From a virus: a DNA stretch of 64,000 bases. The DNA is taken from IMG/VR virus record IMGVR_UViG_3300029319_000012, positions 1-64,000 of that record; one strand, given 5' to 3'. The position numbers were made by a program, and so were the translations under genes. Numbering within the stretch: position 1 is the stretch's first letter; the number at the start of each line of letters is the position of its first letter. The notes beneath the pieces were generated by a model. It saw nothing but the letters and a program-made list of their open reading frames with translations. It searched no databases and was not told the DNA's origin. Positions 57,001 through 64,000 of this stretch are shown here, piece by piece.

Positions 57001-60000
57001 AAAATTTTGAGGACTACTCAGAAGAGCATGCATCGTTTGTTGCAAAGTTTCCTGCTGTTTTTACAAATTTATCTAATGCTTTGCAAGAGTATATGGAAAA
57101 AAATGACCTTTTAAGTGTAAAGACAAAGGACTTAGCAGAGGGAACGTCACAAAACGGCGCGGAAGTAGTAGGTGCTCTCGGTTCGCCCGTGCAGATGACA
57201 GGGGAAGGTGAGGTAGTAGAACTCGGCGACGGGGAAACAACGATACTTTATGGACCTGCACCAAATGATTTTACTGGATTTAACTCCAGCATAATTGATG
57301 GAATATCAGACCATATCAAAAGTCAATTTGCTAAAGATTTAAAGCCCATGGGTTTGGAAAACTTTATTTATTCTCATGAAATGCTAGTACATGGTCAAAA
57401 GTCAAAATATAGACCAGCCGCAGTGCTTGAAGATACTCTAGAGAGAGGTCCTGGCACTTCCTGGGGATTGAAAGCAACACCAGCTGTAAATCATGCAAAA
57501 ACTGAAAAAGATGACCTTAGAGCAATATTTTCTAATTTTGGCTCAAGTCTTTCAAGGACTTATTTTTCTTTAGATACAAAATTAAAAGATATTTCACCCA
57601 ATAGAAATCATTGGTATGGCATGCTCATGGCTTTTACTGGTGTTCAGCTCGATGGCGCTATTGACAATCTTAATAAATACAATATGGATAGCCACCCTGG
57701 CAGCTACGAGGATGAAGGCGATACAGATAGATACTTTGAAGAATTAAAGATGTTTAGAGCTAGCCCAGGATTAAGATTTATAACTGAACACATAGCTTAT
57801 GTAAATGATAAAGATCACAATATTATTGATGCATTTATGGAGTTTACTTTAGGTGAAGCTTCAGGCATCACTGAAGAAAGAGTGTCTGCCATTTATCCTA
57901 ATTTAAAAGGCATTGTTGGCAATATAAAAGGCGTTATGCTAACAAAAATGAGATTTTTCTGCGACACAGTTACCTATGAGGGTCACGATAGAAGATTTTT
58001 ACATGATGCAGGCGCAGCTGTTGGTCAGATGGACTCAATCCCAAGAGAGCCAAAGCCAAAAGATGATTCTGAATCATACGATGGAAACAAGCTTTATCCA
58101 TCAATAATGCCCTTGGCGATTCTTTATGAAGAGGTGTTTAGAGACCCAACTAACGCATGGAATCAAGATGCAGATACTTTATTAAACCTGTACTCTATGG
58201 ACACGGAGCCTGTTAGCGAAGAATTAAAAGAGGCTTTAGAAAATTACAGTCCAAGTGGCTTCCCTCCATACTTTGGCTTTAAAGAGAATGGTATGGAAGA
58301 TTATATTTTGGGCAGGGCTGATAATGACTTCGCGCTGGCTTTAGAATCTTATCATTCATTTAACCCTAATACAATAAAATTAGATCTTCCAGTTAGAAAT
58401 ATTTCAGTGTTAAGTGTTGATGCAGGTGAAACAACAAAAAGAATCACAGATTTGTTTTCAGATTTAGGTTCAGGAATTGATGCAGCTAATGATGATCCAG
58501 AGTTAAAAGCAGAACTTTCTACGGTTAGTGAGCAACTAGGCTTGCTTTCAGTCAATAGTTCAATGATATATCAAAATTTTGATTCTGATGTATCATTAAG
58601 CACTTTATATCCTGATTATAAAGATGCATATTTCTTTGGTAAGGGCAAATTTGTTGAGTCAGATTTTGATAGCTTCTATTATGCCGTCGCTGAGCCCAGC
58701 AACAGCGATTCTGCACTTGTTAGAAAATTAAATAATGCTAAATATAATTTTAATATCTATAGATCTCAAGGGCTCGACATGGGTCAGAATGTTAGCAACT
58801 TATTGACTAATATTTACACAATTGATCCGCCACTCAATCCGCCATACGAAAATTTTCTACCTAAAAAAGAGATTGTTGACACATATATTGAAACGATATA
58901 TCCATCCGAGCTTAATTATACTAATCAAATTACTCACGGGGCAGATAAGATCGTGATCGCAACAACTCCTGATAATCAAACGGCGGGCTTTTCAACTGTG
59001 CCAGATTTGCTTCCAAATATGACTGGCAAACTCCCTCCTGAAGACCCAATTACAAGACTATTTCATCATGATAAAAACACAAGAGCAAAAATATTTGGTC
59101 GCTTGATTACAAAAAAACTTGAAAAAGCATTTTTAGATAATGGAGGAACAGTAAATCAAGATGCCTTAGCTTATATCGAACACAACCTTTCTTCATACGG
59201 ATATTCTGCAATGAAGATGGCTTATTCAAATCAAGCTTTTGCAAAGTTAAAATCCTCTAGGCTCAATACTAGAAAAATGTTGCGCAAGATTTGGGATAAA
59301 ATTTTACAGCTGCCAGAAAATAGCTCTGCAAGTCAAGAATGTAAAGATCTTTTTGATCGAATCAATCTTTCAACAACAAAAGATTTAATTAAGACAAATA
59401 CAGACTTTTTCAATGTTTCAAAGGTCAAAAATTTAATACTAGATTCGTTTGAAAAGGCAGCATGTCGCGATGTATTTAATCCTGAAACACCAAGAGACAG
59501 CGCAGCTCGCAATGCACTTCTTGAGGGATCGATTATTGTTTTAATAAAAGTTTACTGTCTAGAGATGTGTCTAGCAAGTGTTTTTGCTTGGGACAGTTTT
59601 AATCTGCGAGACGTATTTTCCAGTAAATTAATGACCAGAGTAATAGTGCAAAATATTAAAGAAGGCATTGTAACAAGCCCAAGAGCCATATCGTTTGACG
59701 ATATTGCAAACGTGGCTAGCCAATATCTAATAAAAAAGATACCTAAGTATGATCAATACTACGCTGGTATAATACCTCAAAGCCCTTTTGAGAAAATGGT
59801 TGAAATGGAGGCTAATGACTTAGCTGGTACAATCCAGAACATGTTGCCCAATAGCAATCCCCTTACAACAGATCTAACGATTGATTTAGTTAAAAATTCT
59901 GATCCCGATTTTGCTGTGTCGTTTGATACAAAGTTTCCAAGTTTTGTGGAGAACGAAGGGCAGTTTTTATATGCCCTAAGTAAACTTCTTAGTGAGACCG

Positions 60001-62489
60001 AGCCGGTTGATTATGTTGTTGGGGCAAGGATAACAAACAACCCATATACAATAAACATTGGACGCAATATTAAATCAGCCACGGTTAGTAATATGGCGTA
60101 TATTACTGATAATATTAATCAGTTTTTTGATAAGCATATAAATGATTCATATAACGATAAGGCAGATTTTTTTGGAAGCAGTCTTCCAAAAACAACACCA
60201 AGCCAGCGCGATTACTTTTATTCATTACCTGTAAAAACTATATATAATAATAATCCTGGAGATTTAAGTTTTGGCGGCATAGAGCGTTTTGTTTCGAATA
60301 GTACAGAAGTGCAGCAATACAAGAATTCTGTTAATAACATTTTCGCTTTTGATGATACCGCACCAAGCCCACTACCTCCACCGCCTTCAGGGGGAACAAA
60401 TGCAGCTCCTGGCGCGATTACTAGAACGCGAGAAAGACTATCTTCTATTTTTCAAGGGGCTAGCCCTTGGAGCAAGGAAAATATTCACGAATTTTTAGTT
60501 CCAAACGAAATCAATTCAAAATTAGGTAATTTTATTTTCCAACCGTTTGTTAAGATTGTAGAGCAAGATAATATTAACAAATTTTCTGTTGTTGAGTATC
60601 TAGATCCAGTAACAAAAGTGCCTTGTGACTCTCCAGGTATTTTAAATATCATTCCTGGAGCACAAATATTGCCTATTCTAGAAGATTATCGATCTGGAAA
60701 TAATCAATACAATTGTCATCTCTATGGCTATGTTCCCTTGAATGTCTGGACAGATTTTTATCAAAATGTATTTTTAACACAAATTGAAGAGGAGCCCTCT
60801 GGTAGATTAAAAAAATTATTTGCTAGATATGGACTTGAGCCATTCTTTAAAAGTATAGAGATCGGCATTCGAATGACTTATATAGCTTCGCACCCAATTG
60901 AATTTAAGTTTTCAGGATTTAATTACGCAGATTTTGTAAATGAAAATATATCACCCTCAGCGCTAGAAAAAACAAAAAGCATTATATCTACTAGAGCAAC
61001 AAGAGTTTATGGTCAGCCAACCACTGGGATTGGCGTGGATGAAAATGGCGCAGTCACTACACTTGTTAACGAAATGCATGTCCCTATCGTTGAAGTGTCA
61101 AGAGAATTAAAGTTCTCTAAAAGAGGCTTTATTGTTGAGGGTAACCTAGAGAGCCAACCTTATTCAAAGCTAGGAAGTTATTTATTGCTTGATGCATCCA
61201 CTGTTAGCACAATTAATGAGTTTATTATGGATATGAGCACAGTCGATTCAACTAATGAGCAATTTAATATGATTGATATTCTTTCAGATGTGGAAGATGT
61301 ACAAGCTATTGCCGGTCTTGTTAAAAGCTTTGGTAATAATTTTTCACAACTATTCTATAAAGATTTAGCACAAGAATTGATAGATAACTTAAAAGCAACA
61401 GCAGAGTTTAAACTAATATTTGATCATTTATTGCCGATAAAAGATTATTCAGCGCTCGCTTTCTTGTATGGGGGAGATAGCCTTAGTCCGCTGATTAAAG
61501 AATCATCAATCATACTTGAACAGACAAAAAATACTCTTAACAATATTGTTGATTCATTATTTAATGACGATCAATTTGATTTAAATCCTGATATTTTAAC
61601 TGCTAGATTAGAAGACACCTTAAAAGCTGACCAGACTGATACCAGGGGTAAAGGTACTGATTTAGAAAAAGAAATAGCGAAAATAATATTAAGAACGCCA
61701 CTTTTAGTTCTTAAAGGCTTTGTCGAGGTAACAGATCCCGCTATCATATTAGCTAAATTAATTATTGACATTGCTAATAGTGTTCAGCAAGCAGCAATCG
61801 CAGCTGCAGAAGCTGCTTTGAATGCTGCAAAACAAGCAGCACGTGGAGCCTTAAGGGAATCAGAGAATGCCAAGTCGCAAACAGAAATTCAAGTTCGCGT
61901 CGCTGCATCACTAGCACAATCAACTTATGACTCAGGAATAAAAGACTCTCTAGAGTCGCTTGGTCATGCAGACGCTGTTACTTTTGATGTTAGCGCTGAT
62001 GCTATCAGCGATTGGCAAGACACAGTGAAAGTAAATGATAGTCAAAAAGCAGAAATAAAAGCAAAGGCAGAGGAAGATCCTGAAACTTATGAGGCTATTT
62101 TAGCTTTCATTGAAACGGTTGAATCTCTAGAGGAGCTAATAGAAGTTTTTGTAGAGTTAGAAGAAACTGTAGAAACTTTAAAAGAAAAAGTTGCACAAAT
62201 TCAAAATGAAATAGATACAAAATTAGCTGAAGCAAAGAAGATCCTAAAAGATATTTTTGCTTCTCCATTCCTGCTTCCAGGGCTATGGGCAGCAATGGTG
62301 CCAACCATGGTGCCTCTTGGAGGTGGTTTAATTCCACCGCCACCTGGCTTGTTTGTACCAACGCCACCGAGTACCATCCCTGGTATGATTTATTTAGCAA
62401 TACTATTTATAGATGGAGTAGAGCAAGCTATACATAATTCTACGCAAAACACCAACAACGAAGATAATAATTGCAGTGATGAACTGTAG
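51033..62489 (+). CDS. 3818-aa giant putative virion (tail/baseplate) protein
   Basis: Uninterrupted 11.4-kb ORF; C-terminal coiled coil and Pro-rich hydrophobic tail; directly precedes the gp25-like gene. Confidence 0.65.
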   Translation: MPTPTIDEAIVGFANVVASISELLDTPGQGNQVLWGIPIGTAQDLDWDDSLPFPMTINQPEVSFMGFDDLDEQEQEFASTQALKEEFILIFKAIRATAALIIQDDKAITLPAPALEALGITPLPKNISSFQQNIIPKVKTFVEDLKIMQENYYFSANQDELNEAFTPAPGVEIFSQISSILDPDGAILEFLGLFGTTVSLLPDVRSISTTSSPANSVFLTDSELERSLGFFGNAPDYYIGFLLSPKRSGIFDDPNNPDKKFVRNNGYIPARRSPFAETGFREEHGWDKPVTQHYDDINGLVDIVGGTFDSNGIEIPLGTAVYVTEIVEGAEGLWVGFVPFPNAQFTEQQIKNLTLDYKYILYTRPEFIRKSENSANLSPEPLLKYNPSSTISNSQLEAAYDQVGSGVVKTLHTANKLANEQSKEFFDPQGQSFSWTSLKKMDFFLQYVDFGFYNEKEYREIIAPQGPDGSGPRGPLLRPDILESNTRYKFSSGYYYFIVGDGSTPQLVATSSDANPTSYTADGVPVGLSDDEAEAIRAGNLGVVSEQTRNAAFNDLLRALGKDTTPSALLNSIKNKYFAEISSAVNPSSISDSNQRVLYAVPASYIEPLPDSKAAYDEDFLPGSQFLGGKNYIANIKLQDFIVENESGTSAEGASEQTEHVKSIVAKLEEFSKQVQIFEDNGGTVLNPKSLPFDMQTQIDAFKKLPTILRAFLQRQAAPYSDSSDLLDSLIAESITDPESNHRLEIGLKDNGKLGEDVRLTISYVLFIPDPESQSTLRSAITARSSFIDIFDAETNAPTGIGFILRRGLDFLRNEIAGLDVSTGLVADASTGQAIDELSTLNDQSSVMGTRSLFYLMHADYIKDFSRNDASDDPVNKANKWVYDLQEITVPPLLIWYSKKASAANEKPDCSELYEKLQRLGPNPTEEELLIQETYYRDCLDYHYDKFKKPTPATGLRTSRVSLESAMDKMSNSKTGGMSKEGMIVYRAFLNHLDPQGIMSLMMACFQHKLGLPLTAEAICEYAITKLVEADFLGFSKAVNDFSPVLAAALGLTPTFVDPAKRKELEDKIDKNLSTIAENFDDAMTADGKQPPDEQASTRVGPLGPVVDDSFAGTEVATALAILYAQTEVQESILGNDPNVAGITEAIEALRRAELKEYRIDLVPAFRANQDAQAELEAYERVQIERERKKLLDSGYSSRQTDSILILNGLLRPSPTQIDGFLTGPNNVFDSGTRATDFLNKTVRPGRIDGSLSTGAPGLQSAAQGLQEAKAWVSWAKRIVDLGAICEAVVGPLLKLPGNLLKGDGEGFFDDYARRLQKYFDFPKPKFNLPDNLPVDNRVGDYNKKLLEAFLGMIGMMLGQVANALLRDLLERCFEEEDPQSAGSPVDSTPALDIPSLQNRIAPLIPNAPRADILAWLTALLDRLNKAQLCSLLRREASTRLLNFCVDYTRTSHPLVYQSGIDSSEQIKNIFAILGEEVGLDICNTIEAVEAVLTEDACGKVEYNTDDRINSLMEAGLTQKEAQLQTFRELQAFKDKIFDLGEFLFPNNNPLENKLPDICGPNGFFVLPPAIKTSMKKITDNMLAQVKGALISDMADLKFLTLPPKAITAANNPDQLLGSFADFTKNARDPYKKLLFAYVGPGRVQSVDGDNFNIDYGGMPNYQLCYNESVHYNMIHVPKSQSEVVDQIISDRVDKFIADQKQKALNNLYTSLNTYESVTLEAFEALVATGDGDLDEGLKFIVDQAFEYFLGNSHISLQIGDDGKYHPHDTTAENLQGSLEDAIRQRIQGTVGPEGSALYEQTVHKQGDGDQSNIYVGGDLSHEIYYGGMNNTSPPSLIKNLKFTDEFTILGMPFMIQGSDKYPDNTILIGKGDAGEDGKSFQTDYGGGGANRDLSVYTTGSFQTFESDVDLEPLPEGSGVGSYAQEVRRLIQERSSALSTGNSLLRVTYDSPAAELLSAPGFVPINISTLLREFPQDFIYAKSSGPLLAENFEDYSEEHASFVAKFPAVFTNLSNALQEYMEKNDLLSVKTKDLAEGTSQNGAEVVGALGSPVQMTGEGEVVELGDGETTILYGPAPNDFTGFNSSIIDGISDHIKSQFAKDLKPMGLENFIYSHEMLVHGQKSKYRPAAVLEDTLERGPGTSWGLKATPAVNHAKTEKDDLRAIFSNFGSSLSRTYFSLDTKLKDISPNRNHWYGMLMAFTGVQLDGAIDNLNKYNMDSHPGSYEDEGDTDRYFEELKMFRASPGLRFITEHIAYVNDKDHNIIDAFMEFTLGEASGITEERVSAIYPNLKGIVGNIKGVMLTKMRFFCDTVTYEGHDRRFLHDAGAAVGQMDSIPREPKPKDDSESYDGNKLYPSIMPLAILYEEVFRDPTNAWNQDADTLLNLYSMDTEPVSEELKEALENYSPSGFPPYFGFKENGMEDYILGRADNDFALALESYHSFNPNTIKLDLPVRNISVLSVDAGETTKRITDLFSDLGSGIDAANDDPELKAELSTVSEQLGLLSVNSSMIYQNFDSDVSLSTLYPDYKDAYFFGKGKFVESDFDSFYYAVAEPSNSDSALVRKLNNAKYNFNIYRSQGLDMGQNVSNLLTNIYTIDPPLNPPYENFLPKKEIVDTYIETIYPSELNYTNQITHGADKIVIATTPDNQTAGFSTVPDLLPNMTGKLPPEDPITRLFHHDKNTRAKIFGRLITKKLEKAFLDNGGTVNQDALAYIEHNLSSYGYSAMKMAYSNQAFAKLKSSRLNTRKMLRKIWDKILQLPENSSASQECKDLFDRINLSTTKDLIKTNTDFFNVSKVKNLILDSFEKAACRDVFNPETPRDSAARNALLEGSIIVLIKVYCLEMCLASVFAWDSFNLRDVFSSKLMTRVIVQNIKEGIVTSPRAISFDDIANVASQYLIKKIPKYDQYYAGIIPQSPFEKMVEMEANDLAGTIQNMLPNSNPLTTDLTIDLVKNSDPDFAVSFDTKFPSFVENEGQFLYALSKLLSETEPVDYVVGARITNNPYTINIGRNIKSATVSNMAYITDNINQFFDKHINDSYNDKADFFGSSLPKTTPSQRDYFYSLPVKTIYNNNPGDLSFGGIERFVSNSTEVQQYKNSVNNIFAFDDTAPSPLPPPPSGGTNAAPGAITRTRERLSSIFQGASPWSKENIHEFLVPNEINSKLGNFIFQPFVKIVEQDNINKFSVVEYLDPVTKVPCDSPGILNIIPGAQILPILEDYRSGNNQYNCHLYGYVPLNVWTDFYQNVFLTQIEEEPSGRLKKLFARYGLEPFFKSIEIGIRMTYIASHPIEFKFSGFNYADFVNENISPSALEKTKSIISTRATRVYGQPTTGIGVDENGAVTTLVNEMHVPIVEVSRELKFSKRGFIVEGNLESQPYSKLGSYLLLDASTVSTINEFIMDMSTVDSTNEQFNMIDILSDVEDVQAIAGLVKSFGNNFSQLFYKDLAQELIDNLKATAEFKLIFDHLLPIKDYSALAFLYGGDSLSPLIKESSIILEQTKNTLNNIVDSLFNDDQFDLNPDILTARLEDTLKADQTDTRGKGTDLEKEIAKIILRTPLLVLKGFVEVTDPAIILAKLIIDIANSVQQAAIAAAEAALNAAKQAARGALRESENAKSQTEIQVRVAASLAQSTYDSGIKDSLESLGHADAVTFDVSADAISDWQDTVKVNDSQKAEIKAKAEEDPETYEAILAFIETVESLEELIEVFVELEETVETLKEKVAQIQNEIDTKLAEAKKILKDIFASPFLLPGLWAAMVPTMVPLGGGLIPPPPGLFVPTPPSTIPGMIYLAILFIDGVEQAIHNSTQNTNNEDNNCSDEL

Positions 62490-62501
62490 AGGTTTAAGCA
62501 A

Positions 62502-62903
62502 ATGTCTGGAATAGGTCCAAAGTTACCATTATCACGAGATGTAGAAGAAGGTTTTTATGTTTCTAATAAAACGTATGCTGAGCAAATAAAGCAAAATTTC
62601 AAAAACTTACTTTTAACATCACCTGGCGAACGAGCCATGAATCCTGATTTTGGAGTTGGTCTAAGGGATGTGTTGTTTGAGCCAAGACCGGTTGCAATTA
62701 ACAAGATTAAGCAAAGAGTTAATCAGCAAACGAAAAAGTACTTGCCATTCCTTGTGATAGAAGAATTAAACTTTGACCAAGGCGGCGATGACCAGTTTCA
62801 TGTTGACTCAAACATACTTTCTATTGAAATACGTTTTTCTGTACCAAGTTTAAATTTAAATTCTTCAATAATTTTAAATTCTGAGGATAATTATAGCACA
62901 TGA
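62502..62903 (+). CDS. Baseplate wedge subunit, T4 gp25-like
   Basis: QIKQNFKNLLLTSPGERAMNPDFGVGLRDVLFE. Confidence 0.9.
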   Translation: MSGIGPKLPLSRDVEEGFYVSNKTYAEQIKQNFKNLLLTSPGERAMNPDFGVGLRDVLFEPRPVAINKIKQRVNQQTKKYLPFLVIEELNFDQGGDDQFHVDSNILSIEIRFSVPSLNLNSSIILNSEDNYST

Positions 62904-64000
62904 AAGATGAAACTAAAAAACTAATAAGATATACCAATAGAGACTTTAACTCTATTAAGCGTGGCTTGGTCGATTATGCTAAAAGATACTATCCAGATGT
63001 GTATAAAGACTTTTCTGAAGCATCATTCGGCTCGTTAATGCTCGATACTGTTTCTTATATTGGCGATGTTTTGTCTTTTTATCTAGATTATCAAGCAAAT
63101 GAGTCGTTCCTTGATACAGCTATTGAGTACAACAATGTGTTAAGATTAGCAGAGCAAGTAGGCTACAAAGAGCATCTAAGCTCAAACTCTTTTGGTGTGC
63201 TAACAATGTATGTTATATGCCCAGTTGATGTAGACGGTTCTGGTCCAGATTTAGATTACTTGCCAGTTTTGAACAAAGGATCAAAATTTTCAACTACAGC
63301 TGGTCAGATATTTACGTTGGTTGATGATGTTAACTTTGCTGATCCAAACAACGAGGCTGTTGTTGCAACACAAGACAACGACGGCGCACAGACTGCGTTT
63401 GCTATTAAGGCATATGGAAATGTTATTTCTGGCGAGCTTACAGAGACAACCGTGAACGTTGGAGCATTTAAAAGATTTTTGAACATCCCAATCACTGAGC
63501 CAAATATAACAGAAGTTGTTTCAGTTGTTGATTCAGAGGGTCATGAGTATTTTGAGGTTGACTATCTTTCGCAAGACGTTGTTTATAGGTCTGTTGTTAA
63601 TAAAGACCCTGATACACGAGAAACAACACCAAACATCATAATAACAACATCGGTACCGAGGCGATATACTGTAAGTAAAAAGTTTGGTCAAGTCTCATTA
63701 AAGTTTGGCTATGGTTCTGAGGATACGTTAAAAGCAGATGCAGTGACTCACCCTGCAAATGTTGTTTTAAAGCGCCATGGCAGAGATTATGATTCAGATC
63801 TTTCATTTGATCCAGCTAAGCTTATCCAGACTGATAAGTTTGGTATTTCGCCAGCCAACACAACAATGACAATTGTCTATAGGACCAATACTTCTGACAA
63901 CAATAATGTTGCTAGTAGGGCTCTAAATACTGTTACTCTTCCTTTAATGACTTTTGGAGCAAATGCAACAGATGCGTCAAAAAGAAGTCTTGTTTCAAAC
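62900..64000 (+). CDS. Baseplate wedge subunit, T4 gp6-like (partial, runs off window)
   Basis: MKDETKKLIRYTNRDFNSIKRGLVDYAKRYYPDVYKDFSEASFGSLMLDTVSYIGDVLSFYLDYQANESFLDTA; ATGA overlap with the gp25-like gene. Confidence 0.85.
   Translation, partial: MKDETKKLIRYTNRDFNSIKRGLVDYAKRYYPDVYKDFSEASFGSLMLDTVSYIGDVLSFYLDYQANESFLDTAIEYNNVLRLAEQVGYKEHLSSNSFGVLTMYVICPVDVDGSGPDLDYLPVLNKGSKFSTTAGQIFTLVDDVNFADPNNEAVVATQDNDGAQTAFAIKAYGNVISGELTETTVNVGAFKRFLNIPITEPNITEVVSVVDSEGHEYFEVDYLSQDVVYRSVVNKDPDTRETTPNIIITTSVPRRYTVSKKFGQVSLKFGYGSEDTLKADAVTHPANVVLKRHGRDYDSDLSFDPAKLIQTDKFGISPANTTMTIVYRTNTSDNNNVASRALNTVTLPLMTFGANATDASKRSLVSN

Noticed and set aside
51724-63495. Short alternate-frame and antisense ORFs inside the giant gene and the gp6-like gene
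   Set aside because: Fully nested in long, well-supported + strand genes, with no independent signals
1-64000. Stop-codon reassignment as in some jumbo phages
   Set aside because: TAA, TAG and TGA all end genes at tight operon junctions, and very long ORFs are intact under the standard code
1-64000. Eukaryotic giant virus or bacterial chromosome origin, suggested by the glycan island, GT15 and tRNA-Ile(UAU)
   Set aside because: SD sites, overlapping operons, peptidoglycan amidases, a sigma factor and gp25/gp6-like baseplate genes indicate a tailed bacteriophage; no cellular housekeeping genes seen

Overview
AT-rich, densely coding, mostly + strand segment of a large (probably jumbo) tailed phage with a T4-like contractile-tail baseplate. 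It uses the standard genetic code, Shine-Dalgarno sites and overlapping start/stop codons. Left to right: (i) 0.5-16.6 kb: a 1478-aa protein with a membrane-inserting segment, a Cys-repeat/vWA lipoprotein, two amidases, an HhH-glycosylase/Nudix fusion and two tail-fibre proteins with Peptidase_S74-type chaperone ends. (ii) 16.8-25.6 kb: a Pol-beta nucleotidyltransferase, a zincin, an ATP-dependent-ligase-fold/HxGH-nucleotidyltransferase fusion and very basic Cys-containing mini-domain proteins. (iii) 26-31 kb: tRNA-Ile(UAU), a trypsin-like lipoprotein, PIN-PhoH and a PD-(D/E)XK nuclease. (iv) 30.8-43.8 kb: a 13-gene glycan biosynthesis island. (v) 44-64 kb: a gp55-like sigma factor, large virion proteins (1367, 452 and 3818 aa) and gp25-like and gp6-like baseplate genes. 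The strongest candidate for an undescribed system is a shared N-terminal leader (MKITxxxLxxIIKEE or MKxLFENWRxFINE) on at least eight unrelated proteins, plus internal (L/I/V)xE-flanked modules. This resembles a T4-style capsid-targeting and prohead-protease cargo system. Several of the same genes are preceded by a recurring (A)ACTATTTA motif. All family assignments come from motif recognition by eye; no searches were run.
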